Virus record (IMG/VR): IMGVR_UViG_3300045988_128829
Span: 85,817 to 149,816 of that record
Length of the DNA: 64,000 nt
Reading direction: 5' to 3' (one strand)
DNA from: a virus
Under the pieces are notes generated by a model. That model searched no databases and had not been told where the DNA came from. It saw only the letters and a list, made by a program, of their open reading frames with translations. A program made the position numbers and the translations under genes. Position 1 is the stretch's first letter. Each line of letters opens with the position of its first letter. Positions 9,386-20,658 of the stretch are shown here, in pieces.

Positions 9386-12300
9386 CAATAATATAGATAG
9401 ATATAATCCTGCTGCTAAAACCACTTACGAAGATGTGGCAAGGCAAAGGAAATTAGCCGAAGAAGAGAATTACACTCCGGCTACATTACCAGAGACGACA
9501 ACGCCTCTGGTTCCTAATTATATGCCTGGTGAAGGTGTGTATGCCCAACCTAAATTTCCGGATTACGCATCAAGGATAGCTGCTGCCGAATACGAAGAAC
9601 CGTATATAGCCAAGGAGATAAGCAACAGCTACTCAGAGGCACTGGCTCGTAACAGCTACAGGGGGGCTACACCTGCCCCGCCGCCTCTTAATCCCTATGG
9701 ACCGAAGGTAAGTATCCGTGAAAGTCATCAGATGGGTAATGATGGGGTATGGCGTACAAAATATTCTAACTATATTCCGGGTATAAACAATGAAGATTAT
9801 TATGCCAGGAGACAGAGCGGATGGAGTAAGTTTTGGAATGGTGTAGGCAAATTCGCTTTAAAATCCGCATTGTACGGTGCACAAGGAGTTGTGTCATTGC
9901 CTGACAAACTTATCAATATGGCATCTGAGGGAAGTTACAAAGCTGCGTTAAACACTAACATGGATAAGTTTGTAGGTGATCTTGACCAGCAAATAGACAT
10001 GCTTCTTCCCCATTATTACAAGAAAGAGGTAGAAGATTATAATTTTGGTCAGAAGCTTTTTAAGGATACCGGTAATTTCTTGTGGAATGACGTCCTTGGT
10101 AATGGTATGTCTTTTACCGTAGGAGCCATGATATCAGTGTACATGACCGGAAGACTTGGAGTTGGATCATTGGGTAATATAGGCGCTAAATTAGGTGGAA
10201 GAATCGGAGCTAAGTTAGCAGCAAGGCAAGCTGCCAATAGGGGCATAGGAAGCCTTAAAAGCGTGTTTAACGACTATGTAAGAAAAGGAGTTGCTACCGG
10301 AAGAAATGTAGGGGAGGCGGCTAAGACCATGACGTTGTTGGCTACCAGTGCCGGATTCGAGTCATCGGTTGAAGCAAATTTTTTTATGAAGCAATCTGAG
10401 TCTGATTTCAAGGATTATTATCGTAAGATTTATGGTCGTGATCCCAATGCAGAGGAAATGGCTGTTTTTCGTAATTCTAATGCTGATGTAGGTAGTGCTA
10501 TATTTGCCGCCAATATGGGTATCCTAGGATTATCTAACTGGCTTCTTTTTGGTAAGTATATAGGGTCAGGAGGCAAGGCTATACCAGGGTTGGAAAAGAG
10601 GCTCAACAAGCATTTATTTGGATTAGGGACGGAAGTTGCGAAGCCGGGAGAGATGGCTATTAAAATAACCAATCCCAATATAGGACAGAAGATAGCAGGC
10701 AATGTTTTCAATATCATGAAAAGACCGGTATCTGAAGGCTTATGGGAAGAAGGATCTCAAGGTGCTGTTCAGAATACGGCTGAGGAATATGTTAAGTCAA
10801 GATATGATAATGTCGCCATGAACGGAGCCGTTGATGTTCTTGATGCTATTTCTGAAGGATTTAAAAAGCAATATACGTCTAAAGAAGGATGGACTGAAAT
10901 AGGAATCGGTGCTATTATCGGTTTTTTGTTTGGTATGAGAGAAGGCTTCTTTGGGGTGAAAGAGTATAGTAATAGTCAGATCTTGCTGGAAAGGCAAGTG
11001 AATGAATATAACAAAGCATCTTCTAATCTTAACACGGCGGCTTTGAATACGTTGAAAAAATCAATGAGTTTAGGGCCTCAAGTTCGTTCCGATGCCCAGT
11101 CTATGACTGGTAAGGAGCTTGATGATGCTATGTTTGAAAAGATGTCTATTGACAACCAAATGGGAACCTTAGAGGATTCGGCTGAAAATTTCCGGCAGAT
11201 GATTGATATGATGCCTATTTCGGAAATAGCCGAAGCTAATGGAATGTCTTTGGAAGAGGCAAAGAAATACAAGGACTCTATTATTGATAATTATAATAAT
11301 CGTCTTTCGGATTTCAGATCTGCCCAGAGTTTTGCCGAAGATCTTATAGGTGATGATTCTAAGATTGAGTTTAGGAAATACGTGGCTCGTAATGCTTTTC
11401 TTGGTCTTCAATCGGAATCAAGAATGAAAGACATAGCTTCTGTCATAGAAACGCTTTCGGGGCAGCCTCGCGTGGCGGATGCTCTAAGTACGTTCTCCCG
11501 GCTGTCGGACAGGGCAAGGGAGCGGGCGATGGCTATCCGTGGCATACGGTCAAGAATAGAAGAACTTGAATCCGAAATAGAAGATCTTGCTACCCGCCCT
11601 CGCAACGTAGAAGGGAAAGATCCACAAGCTGAATCCATACAACGAAAAACCAAAGAATTGGAAAGCCTTAGAACCAATTACAACAATTCGTTGTCTGAGT
11701 TATCAACGTTAATAGGAAAAGAGTTTTCGATAGAAGAGCTGGTAAGTAAAACCGAATCTGTTTTATCATCTCCTCTTTCTCCCATAAGTTCACAAGATGT
11801 GATAGAAGCCTATGATACGCTTGTGGCTTTTGATGATTATTTTAATGTAAAATCAAGACAGGAAAAGAAGTTTACAGCCAAAGACAAAGCCATGAGATCC
11901 TTGGTAAATGAATACCGAAGAAGTTTGATGGACTATAGGAATATGAATAACTTCTTGTCTAAGATGCTTGATAAAAGATTCTTAGCTGAGGAAAACAGGG
12001 GGTTTTCAAAAGCGCTGTCTTCTCTATGGTCTACTCCTTATAAAGGGGATGACAAGGTTCCTGATTTTGCAGAGTCTAATAAAGTTGGTGAATATGACAC
12101 TGATGAGGTAGTAGATCAAGCTGTGTCAGAAGGTAAGATTTCGGAAGACGAAGCTTGGACTATCAAGGCTTTTATGCATGCTCTTGATAAAGTAAGGGAA
12201 GATAGGATGAAGGAAGCAGAAGATGATATAAAAGAGTCACCGCTTACGGAGTCTGTATCGGATGAAGATTATGAGGCTGCTATGGATAATCCTATTATGG

Positions 12301-15300
12301 TTCCGGCCGTAAGGCAGTCTATAATTGATAAACTATATACAGGTAATGCCGATCTTCTTACTGAGAGAGAAAAAGATGTGTATGATAAATACAAACAAGA
12401 TTTTGATGATTATGTATCGTCTTTGGGTGACAGTCCCGTTAATCTCATAAAATCATTATCTGAAAAGGCTGATAGGCTTACAAGTCCGAGATCTGTGTAT
12501 GAGGATAATAAAGCTATTATTGATATGGCTAAATCCAATTTGGAACCAGATCAAAGGAAGGAACTTGATGATGCTATTTCTTCGTATGTTGATATAATGA
12601 ACAGACGGGACAAAGGGGAGAAAGTTGACGAAGATAAGCTTGCCGATTCGGTATTTACCATAGAAGATCTTGGCCAGGTTGGAAACATCACGGATCTCCT
12701 TCCTTATATCGAACAAAACAGGATTATTGATAAAGGTCGTATTTCCGAATCTACGTTAAGTAATTTTGGGGAGGATGATGCTAATATAGATTCTCTTGTA
12801 AATGAATTAGACGAATCTGATAATACGCCGGGAGCCAATATAGATAGCGCCCAGAATCCAGAGACGTTGATGGTAAGAAGAATCTCCAATGACGGCAATG
12901 AAAGGTATGAAATTGCAGGTCTTAGAGCCGATAAATTTATATCTTCTATAAAATCATTGGTTCCTATTCAAATAAGCTCTGAAACGAACGCTAATGGTAC
13001 TAAAAGGTATTCTCTTAACATAGGTGGAGAAACGGCTACTATAATTGAACTGCCTTATCATGCGAGATGGTCTATAGACAAAGAATCGGCTCGTGTTCTT
13101 AACCGTTACACAGATGTGTCTATTCAGGACGTGGGTAATTCATATTCTTTGGTTTATAAGCGTCTTGATTCAGACGAATTGGTTCCGTACAGAACAGGTG
13201 TTGGATTCGGAGAGAATGAAGTAGATAAAATAGATCAGGAAGCATTATCTTCTTTGAGGAAAGGAGATAAGGTTAATCTTGAGATAGATGCAAATGATAC
13301 CTATAATCAGTCTCTTTTTGCCGAATACAATGATGCTGTTCAGTCCGGTGATAAAAAAAGAATAGAATCTGCTGAAAATAAGCTGGTATCCAATATGGTT
13401 ATCAAGGTCATGAGTGGGAACAGATTCGTTTCTGTTGTAAAAGCTGACACAGGGGGCATAGATGGTATAAGTAAAATAAGAAGAACGGCTTTTAACAAGT
13501 GGAAGAAAGATGCTGGTCGGTCGGCTACCATCAGCGTCGGCACGCATGTTGTTGCCCAGACTCTTCCCGGAAGACCGGTGTTTAACATGAAGGTGAACGG
13601 TCAAGGATATGGCCAGATAGAAAATCTCCCTATTACCGAAAAAGGTGCTGAAAAAGTATCTGATGTCGGATATGTATTAAATGGCAAAGTCGTGCTTAAG
13701 AACGGATCTAAATACACAGGATTCCCATTTGCTTATTCTATATTAAATGACAAGGGGAATAATTACAAAAATATAAGAGTTCCGGTAGTTGTTATCAAGG
13801 GTAAAAACGGTCTTAATTATCTTTTCCCGGTTAGTCTACGTTCTGTAGAATCAGAGGAAGGGCAGAAATGGATGTCTTTTATAGATATGCTGCTTGAATC
13901 TGGTGATTCTGAATTGTTACAGATGGGTCAAGATGATATACAAGATCTTAATGCGTATCTAACCAAGTTAGGTCTTGATCCGGCTTCGTATCAAGTATCG
14001 TACTTGAATCCTATTTCAGGGCTTAGAAAAGCTCGTGAGGCTATAGAAAAATTATCTACGGTTCCTGATGTTGTTAAGTGGGTAGAAGATGGAAGTAGGA
14101 GTGTTAAAGACATTGTGACGTCTGAAGTAGAATCTGGAATAGATTTTGAAGGTGAGATGTTTGTTGCTCCTAAGATCAGGATCCAGTTTGGTAAATCATC
14201 TTCCAGACCTAAATCACTTATAGAGGACGATCTTCCTTTCTCTGATGAGGGTAAGACCGTTACTTCTAAGGAAGACGTGGAAGGTTACGAAGAGGAAATG
14301 CCAGAGGAAGGGGTTGTCCGGGAGACTCAGCCGGCGCCACCGGCTCAACCGGCTCCTGCGGCACAAGCTACGCAGTCTTTACCTGGCAAGAAGCGTACCT
14401 CCAGGAAAAACTTCTCTCTTATGTTAAACGAAATAGAATCTCATATAGAAAAAGAAGGATTGCCGCCTTATGCTAATATTTTTGATTTTATAGCAAGGAA
14501 GATTGTAGGAGGTGACTTGAGGTTTCTTCGTGAGAGAGGTAATCCTAAAAGTCTTAAGGAGGAAATGGGATTAGAACCTAAAGGAACAGTAGGTGATAAA
14601 ATATCCACTCCTTCCAGTAAAGGTGGTAAGACCTTAAATGAATACGTTTCTTGGCTTCGTTCTCAAACAGATCAGGTGGTGGTTGATTATGTTGGGCCAA
14701 GATCTGACGAACAAATTATATCAGAGTTGAAAAACTTTTTGAAATATATTAATTTTGTTCCGAGTAAGGCTTTGAATTATTCTCTTAGAGTCAATGGCAT
14801 GGATACCCTAAAAGAATATGGCACAAAAGAGGAAGTAGAAAAAATGGAATCTGATATTAATAGTCTGGTTTCTAAAGTTTTGCCTACGGTGGATAATCAA
14901 ACTGTAGAAGATGTTTCTACTGCAATAAAATCAAATAACTTGCCTGCTATATGGGAGCCCGTGGAAAGTCTTAATATGACAAACGAGGAAAAAATAGAGT
15001 TTTTGAATAACATAGCGGATTTCCTTAGCGGCATACCAGGGTATGATACCGTTGTGGAGTCTATAGAGTCAGAATCAGATAATATTTTAAATGATGGAAA
15101 AGAAGGAAGTACAGAAGGCGGTGCGGTACGCACTGAGGAAGATGGCAATAAAGAGAGTAATGGAAAAAGAGAAGGACAACCCGGAAGCGATGGAGAGACT
15201 AAAGGAGATGTCGAATTACCTGGATTTAAAGAAGGAAGGATAGATAATTACAATGAAAATGGGTATAAGTTCTCTAATCCGGAAGAGGTATTAGGCTGGT

Positions 15301-16004
15301 TGCTCTCTGAGATGTCCGGTGTCACGGAACTTATAGAAGGTGCAGAGGTTTATGGGGAAGGCAATGATGTTAATATTATTTTGGATCGTATGGAAGCAAG
15401 ATACGGTATAGACACTATAGCTCATTCCAATACAACTAAAGCCATAAGGAGTTTAAATAAGGTGCGTGGTTATGATGTTGAATATGGATTAACTTTTATG
15501 CACGAACCTTATATCCATATATCCAAACCTAAATCAGTATCAAACGAGCAACAGATATCCGAAGAAAGCCCGGTCCAGGTCCATAGAGTAACAGTCCAGT
15601 CTTTCTTGTATGGTGGCGACGCAGCTTACGAGGCGGTTCCAGCAAAGGTAGAACAGATACCTGATAAGATCATGGCTCGAAATGGAATCCGATTCGGAAT
15701 GGGTATGACTGATCTTACTAAGTTAGGATACGAGAAAGCCGGCGGAAATTGGGTATATAAGTTCTATATGAACACTGGATTATATGATATGTACAATATC
15801 AATACCGGTGAAGCATTTAGGGCAAAACCAGATCTTGGAGTTAAGATAAGTTCCAGCGCATTCATCCGCTCTTTATTTCAATCTGGTAGAAAAATACAAA
15901 ATATGATAAGTAACATGAGCCAGGAAGAGATAGATAGGAATAAGAATCTTGTAGAAGGTTCTGATAATTCGGATTCGATAAATGAGTTAAATAAGGAGTG
16001 TTGA
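9378..16004 (+). CDS. giant virion/tail (cargo-like) protein, 2208 aa
   Basis: 6.6 kb ORF with ATGGCTGA start/stop overlap to the upstream gene. A Pro/Ala-rich linker (PAPPAQPAPAAQ) lies near residue 1650. Confidence 0.85.
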   Translation: MADNNIDRYNPAAKTTYEDVARQRKLAEEENYTPATLPETTTPLVPNYMPGEGVYAQPKFPDYASRIAAAEYEEPYIAKEISNSYSEALARNSYRGATPAPPPLNPYGPKVSIRESHQMGNDGVWRTKYSNYIPGINNEDYYARRQSGWSKFWNGVGKFALKSALYGAQGVVSLPDKLINMASEGSYKAALNTNMDKFVGDLDQQIDMLLPHYYKKEVEDYNFGQKLFKDTGNFLWNDVLGNGMSFTVGAMISVYMTGRLGVGSLGNIGAKLGGRIGAKLAARQAANRGIGSLKSVFNDYVRKGVATGRNVGEAAKTMTLLATSAGFESSVEANFFMKQSESDFKDYYRKIYGRDPNAEEMAVFRNSNADVGSAIFAANMGILGLSNWLLFGKYIGSGGKAIPGLEKRLNKHLFGLGTEVAKPGEMAIKITNPNIGQKIAGNVFNIMKRPVSEGLWEEGSQGAVQNTAEEYVKSRYDNVAMNGAVDVLDAISEGFKKQYTSKEGWTEIGIGAIIGFLFGMREGFFGVKEYSNSQILLERQVNEYNKASSNLNTAALNTLKKSMSLGPQVRSDAQSMTGKELDDAMFEKMSIDNQMGTLEDSAENFRQMIDMMPISEIAEANGMSLEEAKKYKDSIIDNYNNRLSDFRSAQSFAEDLIGDDSKIEFRKYVARNAFLGLQSESRMKDIASVIETLSGQPRVADALSTFSRLSDRARERAMAIRGIRSRIEELESEIEDLATRPRNVEGKDPQAESIQRKTKELESLRTNYNNSLSELSTLIGKEFSIEELVSKTESVLSSPLSPISSQDVIEAYDTLVAFDDYFNVKSRQEKKFTAKDKAMRSLVNEYRRSLMDYRNMNNFLSKMLDKRFLAEENRGFSKALSSLWSTPYKGDDKVPDFAESNKVGEYDTDEVVDQAVSEGKISEDEAWTIKAFMHALDKVREDRMKEAEDDIKESPLTESVSDEDYEAAMDNPIMVPAVRQSIIDKLYTGNADLLTEREKDVYDKYKQDFDDYVSSLGDSPVNLIKSLSEKADRLTSPRSVYEDNKAIIDMAKSNLEPDQRKELDDAISSYVDIMNRRDKGEKVDEDKLADSVFTIEDLGQVGNITDLLPYIEQNRIIDKGRISESTLSNFGEDDANIDSLVNELDESDNTPGANIDSAQNPETLMVRRISNDGNERYEIAGLRADKFISSIKSLVPIQISSETNANGTKRYSLNIGGETATIIELPYHARWSIDKESARVLNRYTDVSIQDVGNSYSLVYKRLDSDELVPYRTGVGFGENEVDKIDQEALSSLRKGDKVNLEIDANDTYNQSLFAEYNDAVQSGDKKRIESAENKLVSNMVIKVMSGNRFVSVVKADTGGIDGISKIRRTAFNKWKKDAGRSATISVGTHVVAQTLPGRPVFNMKVNGQGYGQIENLPITEKGAEKVSDVGYVLNGKVVLKNGSKYTGFPFAYSILNDKGNNYKNIRVPVVVIKGKNGLNYLFPVSLRSVESEEGQKWMSFIDMLLESGDSELLQMGQDDIQDLNAYLTKLGLDPASYQVSYLNPISGLRKAREAIEKLSTVPDVVKWVEDGSRSVKDIVTSEVESGIDFEGEMFVAPKIRIQFGKSSSRPKSLIEDDLPFSDEGKTVTSKEDVEGYEEEMPEEGVVRETQPAPPAQPAPAAQATQSLPGKKRTSRKNFSLMLNEIESHIEKEGLPPYANIFDFIARKIVGGDLRFLRERGNPKSLKEEMGLEPKGTVGDKISTPSSKGGKTLNEYVSWLRSQTDQVVVDYVGPRSDEQIISELKNFLKYINFVPSKALNYSLRVNGMDTLKEYGTKEEVEKMESDINSLVSKVLPTVDNQTVEDVSTAIKSNNLPAIWEPVESLNMTNEEKIEFLNNIADFLSGIPGYDTVVESIESESDNILNDGKEGSTEGGAVRTEEDGNKESNGKREGQPGSDGETKGDVELPGFKEGRIDNYNENGYKFSNPEEVLGWLLSEMSGVTELIEGAEVYGEGNDVNIILDRMEARYGIDTIAHSNTTKAIRSLNKVRGYDVEYGLTFMHEPYIHISKPKSVSNEQQISEESPVQVHRVTVQSFLYGGDAAYEAVPAKVEQIPDKIMARNGIRFGMGMTDLTKLGYEKAGGNWVYKFYMNTGLYDMYNINTGEAFRAKPDLGVKISSSAFIRSLFQSGRKIQNMISNMSQEEIDRNKNLVEGSDNSDSINELNKEC

Positions 16005-16006
16005 GT

Positions 16007-16585
16007 ATGAGAAGGAGATACGAAGATGTTTCAAGTCTTGTTCAGTATCAGTTGAAGACCAATCAGCAGGGGAATATAGAGGTTTATGTTGATGACAGGT
16101 TTGTTGGAAACGTAAGTGAAGGAGTCTGTAATTGGAAGGATATTGAATACAAGAGTGAGGTTACTATATCTTTGAAAGGAGTCGAGGATAAGGCTAAAAC
16201 TTCAAGTAAACGAGTCGGTCCTTATTGTCACATTTATAGCATATTTGGAGGAAATGAATCTTATCATGCAGGTCCGGATAGTAATATAAAAAAGAGTCCA
16301 GTTACCACCTTTATAATGTATTGTTATAAAAATGGGGGTATTACAACTACCACTACTTATACTAAAAATTTATCTAGAACTCTTCAGATAGGTAAAACAC
16401 AATTGACTATCAATTACAAACAAAGTAAAAGTCAGTCTTTCTCCGGTGGTTCTGGAGATTATGTAACATCCGTATCTGATTTCCCTTTTGTTACTGGTCC
16501 AGGAAATGATAGCGTTGAGTTCGAAGGAGAGGGAAGATTGATAGTTGAGACAAAGGCTTCGCATTATGAAATAGAAGTTTCATAA
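16007..16585 (+). CDS. beta-rich Thr/Gly-rich structural protein (192 aa), possible fibre or receptor-binding component
   Basis: ORF overlapping the upstream stop, with AGGAG 8 nt upstream of the ATG at 16007. Poly-Thr stretch and G/S-rich composition. Confidence 0.6.
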   Translation: MRRRYEDVSSLVQYQLKTNQQGNIEVYVDDRFVGNVSEGVCNWKDIEYKSEVTISLKGVEDKAKTSSKRVGPYCHIYSIFGGNESYHAGPDSNIKKSPVTTFIMYCYKNGGITTTTTYTKNLSRTLQIGKTQLTINYKQSKSQSFSGGSGDYVTSVSDFPFVTGPGNDSVEFEGEGRLIVETKASHYEIEVS

Positions 16586-16600
16586 TTTCTATTTTTATAC

Positions 16601-16608
16601 TATCTTTG
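16601..16608 (+). promoter_or_regulatory. Bacteroidota-type -7 promoter element TAtcTTTG
   Basis: TAnnTTTG consensus 18 nt upstream of the ATG at 16627. Confidence 0.45.
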
Positions 16609-16626
16609 TCTAAAATATTTATCACT

Positions 16627-18885
16627 ATGGGTGTCAAATGTCAGATAGAAAAAAAGGAAAATGAAATAAAACGGGTTAAGGCTCCTAACGGGGAGCCTTC
16701 CGTTCTTTACGAAAGTGCTTTAAAAGTATTAGGAAACAGCGAGCGGGCTCTTCAGGTATGGGCTAAGGCTTACACTCCTGGTTTTTTGTCGTATTACGGT
16801 CATTGGAATAACCCGGCTCCAGGGGAGATATTTAATACCGATCCCAATGGCGAACCTCTTTTAGAAGACGTGCTGTCGTATATGAAGCGTCAGACTTATT
16901 TTGCTGATCCTTTAACGGCTCAGGACATTAAGGATGTAAGGGATTTCCTTTTGTCTACTCATTATTTTTTCAATGCGTCTTCATTGTCTAATGCTATCCT
17001 CTTCGATTTTTATGTAGATGGCAGTTTGATACTGAATGAGCAGAAATTAAGGAGATCCGGTTTGTATGATGAAACAGAAATAAGTCGTATTTTATCCGAT
17101 CCTTCTGTTTTAAATGAAGTTTCGACTTCCATGAGAAAGTTAATAGATTGTTCTATTAACGAACATGATAGGGAAAAGGATAATTATTTTATGTCTGTTG
17201 ACTATCAGTATGGTCCTATTGTTTACAAGAAGGGAGTGTTTAACCAATTTGGTAAAAAAGTACCATATAATCCTTCTGAGCTTTATTATGCTATGCGTAA
17301 AACAGTAGCCGGCATAAAAAACTTTTCTGAATTTTCATCTGCTTTTGAATCGTTGAGAAACTCATACCCTGAACTGGTTGAGAAATTCGTTTCTGATAAA
17401 GAATTTGCCGAATCTATGTTTGATGAGTTTTCATCTACGAATAAGATTCCGGTAATAAACATAGAAGGGGATGATATGGTAGAAGGCAAGAGAAGATCCT
17501 TGTCTAAGCTACAAGATCTGTCTTATTACAATCCTGGCAAAATAGAGTTCCTAAGAGCTCGTATATCAGCTTATTTACATAGGGTTAATGCCGACACCGA
17601 ATCCGATTTAAGAAGCATGATATGGGATATAGAAGAGGCTTGTACGTGGTTTGGCATAGATATAATAGGGACATCGGAAACTTATGATGGCACAGAAGAA
17701 TCTTTGAATAAGATAGATAATTTGATGCTGGATCTTGATATTTATGTGGCCAGGCATAATGATGTAAATTATGCTCCAACGCTGGCATCTTCTATCGATG
17801 ATGTTCTTGGTGATAGTACAGACTATTATTTTGGATTATTGCCGGAGTATATGGATAATTTGAATATCGTTTATTCTGAATCCGATATAGACCCAGTAGA
17901 GGCATTTGAGAAACATTCATTGCTTAAGGTAGGAGATAATCTATATCAAAGGATCAGCAAAGATGATCTTAACGAGATGTATCAAATATCAACAGTGTTA
18001 GCCAAGCACAACCTAACTCACTTTCCTGCTAAAATATATCCTGAATCTTGTTTTAAGAACGGCGTTTTGGATAAAGAGAAAGTACGGAACGTAGATAATA
18101 ATACGCTCATGGATTCCATTAAAAAATACGTCAGATCGTTCATGGATTCTCAGAACACGGAGGACATGATAATGACCAGGATGGCGTTTGGGCACCCGGC
18201 GGTACTTGATGTTTCTTACGCGGATGTGGATCGGGAATTTAGTCGGTACATGAACAAAAAACAAGATAGCGAAAACCCATTATCTTTATTCGATTTATAC
18301 CAATATTACCTTGACAACAAACTCCATAAAACAAAATTATATGATAATGCCTATAAGTATCTTGACTTCAAATCTGGTCCATCTTTGGGTCTTATTTCTG
18401 ATGATCCTGATATTTTGAAATCAATAGAATTATCTTTATCTGGAAAAGACAGGTTGATGTTGTTTGATTATAGCATGACCAGCACCGATCCTTCTTTATC
18501 AAAATTGTTTTATTTGGATAGGTATGACCCTTCGTATGCCGATAATGATTTTGAACATTATTTTTACACCAGGCACCCGTATCTGTTAAAAGAAAAATCG
18601 GGTCCTAATATCGTAGAGCAAGATGGTGTTATAACAGCCGAAGGTATTTATGATAATTTTATAAGAGTAGGTAATAAGATATGGTCTAAAGTAAGCGAAA
18701 GTAGTTCCGGCTCTATCTACCAAAATCTGACAGGAACCGAATCGGAGGTGAAATACGATTCTACTCAGAAGGTTAAGACGGTAGAAACCGATTACGCTCC
18801 ATACCAAAACAGATCTGGCCTGACGCAAGATATGATCGTAAGCAAGTCTGAATTGGATGATCTTAACAAATTAGAATGCAGGTAA
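16627..18885 (+). CDS. large structural protein (752 aa)
   Basis: Long ORF. The ATG at 16627 is preferred over the TTG at 16606. Confidence 0.75.
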   Translation: MGVKCQIEKKENEIKRVKAPNGEPSVLYESALKVLGNSERALQVWAKAYTPGFLSYYGHWNNPAPGEIFNTDPNGEPLLEDVLSYMKRQTYFADPLTAQDIKDVRDFLLSTHYFFNASSLSNAILFDFYVDGSLILNEQKLRRSGLYDETEISRILSDPSVLNEVSTSMRKLIDCSINEHDREKDNYFMSVDYQYGPIVYKKGVFNQFGKKVPYNPSELYYAMRKTVAGIKNFSEFSSAFESLRNSYPELVEKFVSDKEFAESMFDEFSSTNKIPVINIEGDDMVEGKRRSLSKLQDLSYYNPGKIEFLRARISAYLHRVNADTESDLRSMIWDIEEACTWFGIDIIGTSETYDGTEESLNKIDNLMLDLDIYVARHNDVNYAPTLASSIDDVLGDSTDYYFGLLPEYMDNLNIVYSESDIDPVEAFEKHSLLKVGDNLYQRISKDDLNEMYQISTVLAKHNLTHFPAKIYPESCFKNGVLDKEKVRNVDNNTLMDSIKKYVRSFMDSQNTEDMIMTRMAFGHPAVLDVSYADVDREFSRYMNKKQDSENPLSLFDLYQYYLDNKLHKTKLYDNAYKYLDFKSGPSLGLISDDPDILKSIELSLSGKDRLMLFDYSMTSTDPSLSKLFYLDRYDPSYADNDFEHYFYTRHPYLLKEKSGPNIVEQDGVITAEGIYDNFIRVGNKIWSKVSESSSGSIYQNLTGTESEVKYDSTQKVKTVETDYAPYQNRSGLTQDMIVSKSELDDLNKLECR

Positions 18886-18926
18886 TTTTTGTACATATAT
18901 ATAGTTTTTCATAGTTATAATTTGGG

Positions 18927-18957
18927 AAGTGAGGCTTGTGAAAGTCTCACTTTTCTT
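18927..18957 (+). terminator. rho-independent terminator
   Basis: AAGTGAG/CTCACTT stem with a 12-nt loop followed by TTTCTT, 40 nt after the stop at 18885. Confidence 0.5.
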
Positions 18958-19024
18958 ATATATGCACGTATATCAATAACATACAAGAAAAGTTAGATTT
19001 TCGTTGTTTATGAATTATTTTTAT

Positions 19025-19032
19025 TAAGTTTG
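19025..19032 (+). promoter_or_regulatory. Bacteroidota-type -7 promoter element TAagTTTG
   Basis: Consensus match in the AT-rich spacer upstream of the small ORF at 19106. Confidence 0.35.
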
Positions 19033-19105
19033 CAATATTAGTTTCAGGAAGGGATTATAGAAAATAGGGAAGGTAAGAACAGAACGTAACTAATAACGGT
19101 AGGAA

Positions 19106-19303
19106 ATGAGAATCAGTACCATCAAACGTAATAACAGCATTCATCTTATGTATAAAAACATTATGAATGATTTAGGTCAATTAAGAACTGTAGTTTCAAA
19201 ATCCTATATTTATAATCTGATACGAAATCAAACCGGATTAAGTATCAGAACTATATCCCATGTCTTGAATCACACAAAAGAACAGGATACAGATTCTTTG
19301 TGA
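19106..19303 (+). CDS. small putative HTH DNA-binding protein (65 aa)
   Basis: Short ORF with an HTH-like segment (LIRNQTGLSIRTISHVLN). Weak support. Confidence 0.3.
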   Translation: MRISTIKRNNSIHLMYKNIMNDLGQLRTVVSKSYIYNLIRNQTGLSIRTISHVLNHTKEQDTDSL

Positions 19304-19380
19304 AAAGCGTACATTTTCATACATTTGTGTATTCTTTAGTTTTTAGATTTAAGTTTTTTCATGATATTAGTTTAGAGATC

Positions 19381-19404
19381 AGGGCTCGCAGTGATGCGGG
19401 CCCT
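19381..19404 (+). other. strong GC-rich hairpin (10-bp stem, GTGA tetraloop)
   Basis: AGGGCTCGCA/TGCGGGCCCT pair completely (one G-U) around a GNRA-type loop, followed by GGTTTGATTT. Possible terminator or RNA element. Confidence 0.4.
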
Positions 19405-19627
19405 GGTTTGATTTACAGCGCTTTACCCAAAATGGGAAAAGCGTAAGTTTCTGATTATCAGTTTTTCACCTTAAATGGGGAAAATTAATTATTGTGTATT
19501 ATACTTCCGTTTTTGCTGAAAATACTTCTCTTCTATAGGAAATAAACACACCTGTATTCCACTCTACAATCATGATCTTTGTTACGTGCTTCATGCACGT
19601 ATGTTTAACAATTAAATACTATAAATT

Positions 19628-20635
19628 ATGGGTGGTGATAAAATCGTCCTTTTAGATGGAGCCGGGGCTAACGGTGGTGGTGCAGCCACTAACGGTCTTC
19701 TTTCAATGATTCCCGGCATGTTTGCTAATTTGATAGGTGGTAATAAAATGGATCCGAATCTGGTGGCGGCTTTGATGAACGGTCGTAATAACCAGGACGG
19801 TTTCGGTGGGGCTAACGGTTGGTGGCTCTGGATAATTGTTTTGTTCTGGCTGTGGGGTGGACGCGGCTTCGGTAACGGTTTTGGAAATGGTGGTGATTGT
19901 TGCGCCAATGGTTTACCCGCTCAGTTGAATAACGATTACGGTCGTGAGCTTCTGATGCAGGCAATTCAAGGTAATCGTAGCGCTATAGATCAGATCGCTT
20001 CTGCTTTGAACTGTTCTACTACTCAACTTCAGAGTGCTATCTGCAACGTACAGGGTGCTATTGATAAAGTAGCTGGTCAGGTAGGTATGACTTCTCAGGC
20101 TGTTATCAACGCAGTTCAACAACAAGGTTGTGAAATAGGAAATCAAATCAGCTCTTGCTGCTGCAATCTGAGTTCGTTGATCAATCAAAGCACTTGCCAG
20201 ACTCAGGGAATGATTACTCAGCAAGGTTTTGACAACCAGCTTCGCACGTTGGAACAAACCAATATCTTGCAGAACGGTCTCAACCAAGGTCTGGCTAACA
20301 ATCGTGAGCAAGCTACAAGCCAATTCAATATCTTGTCTGCGAAACTTGATGCTCAAACCGTTATGATCAACGACAAATTCTGTCAGTTGGAAATGAGGGA
20401 GATGCAGAACACTATTGCTCAACTTCGTGAAGAAAAAGCGGCTTTGACAGCTTCGGCATTATCTCAGCAACAAACCCAGAATATCGTTGGTCAATTACGC
20501 CCGACGGCCGTCCCAGCCTACCCCTCTTGTTCTCCTTACCAGGCTTATTCTTGGGGACAGGTATTCGGAGGAGGTTGCTACAATAACGGATGTGGATGTA
20601 ACAACGGATGTTGCAATAACAACGCTGCTGTCTGA
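19628..20635 (+). CDS. Gly/Asn/Gln/Cys-rich membrane-anchored protein (335 aa)
   Basis: N-terminal Gly-rich region, one Trp-rich TM helix (WWLWIIVLFWLWGG), a Q/N-rich coiled segment and a Cys-rich C-terminus (GCGCNNGCCNN). Confidence 0.7.
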   Translation: MGGDKIVLLDGAGANGGGAATNGLLSMIPGMFANLIGGNKMDPNLVAALMNGRNNQDGFGGANGWWLWIIVLFWLWGGRGFGNGFGNGGDCCANGLPAQLNNDYGRELLMQAIQGNRSAIDQIASALNCSTTQLQSAICNVQGAIDKVAGQVGMTSQAVINAVQQQGCEIGNQISSCCCNLSSLINQSTCQTQGMITQQGFDNQLRTLEQTNILQNGLNQGLANNREQATSQFNILSAKLDAQTVMINDKFCQLEMREMQNTIAQLREEKAALTASALSQQQTQNIVGQLRPTAVPAYPSCSPYQAYSWGQVFGGGCYNNGCGCNNGCCNNNAAV

Positions 20636-20658
20636 TTTTATTAAGAAAGGAGGCTAAT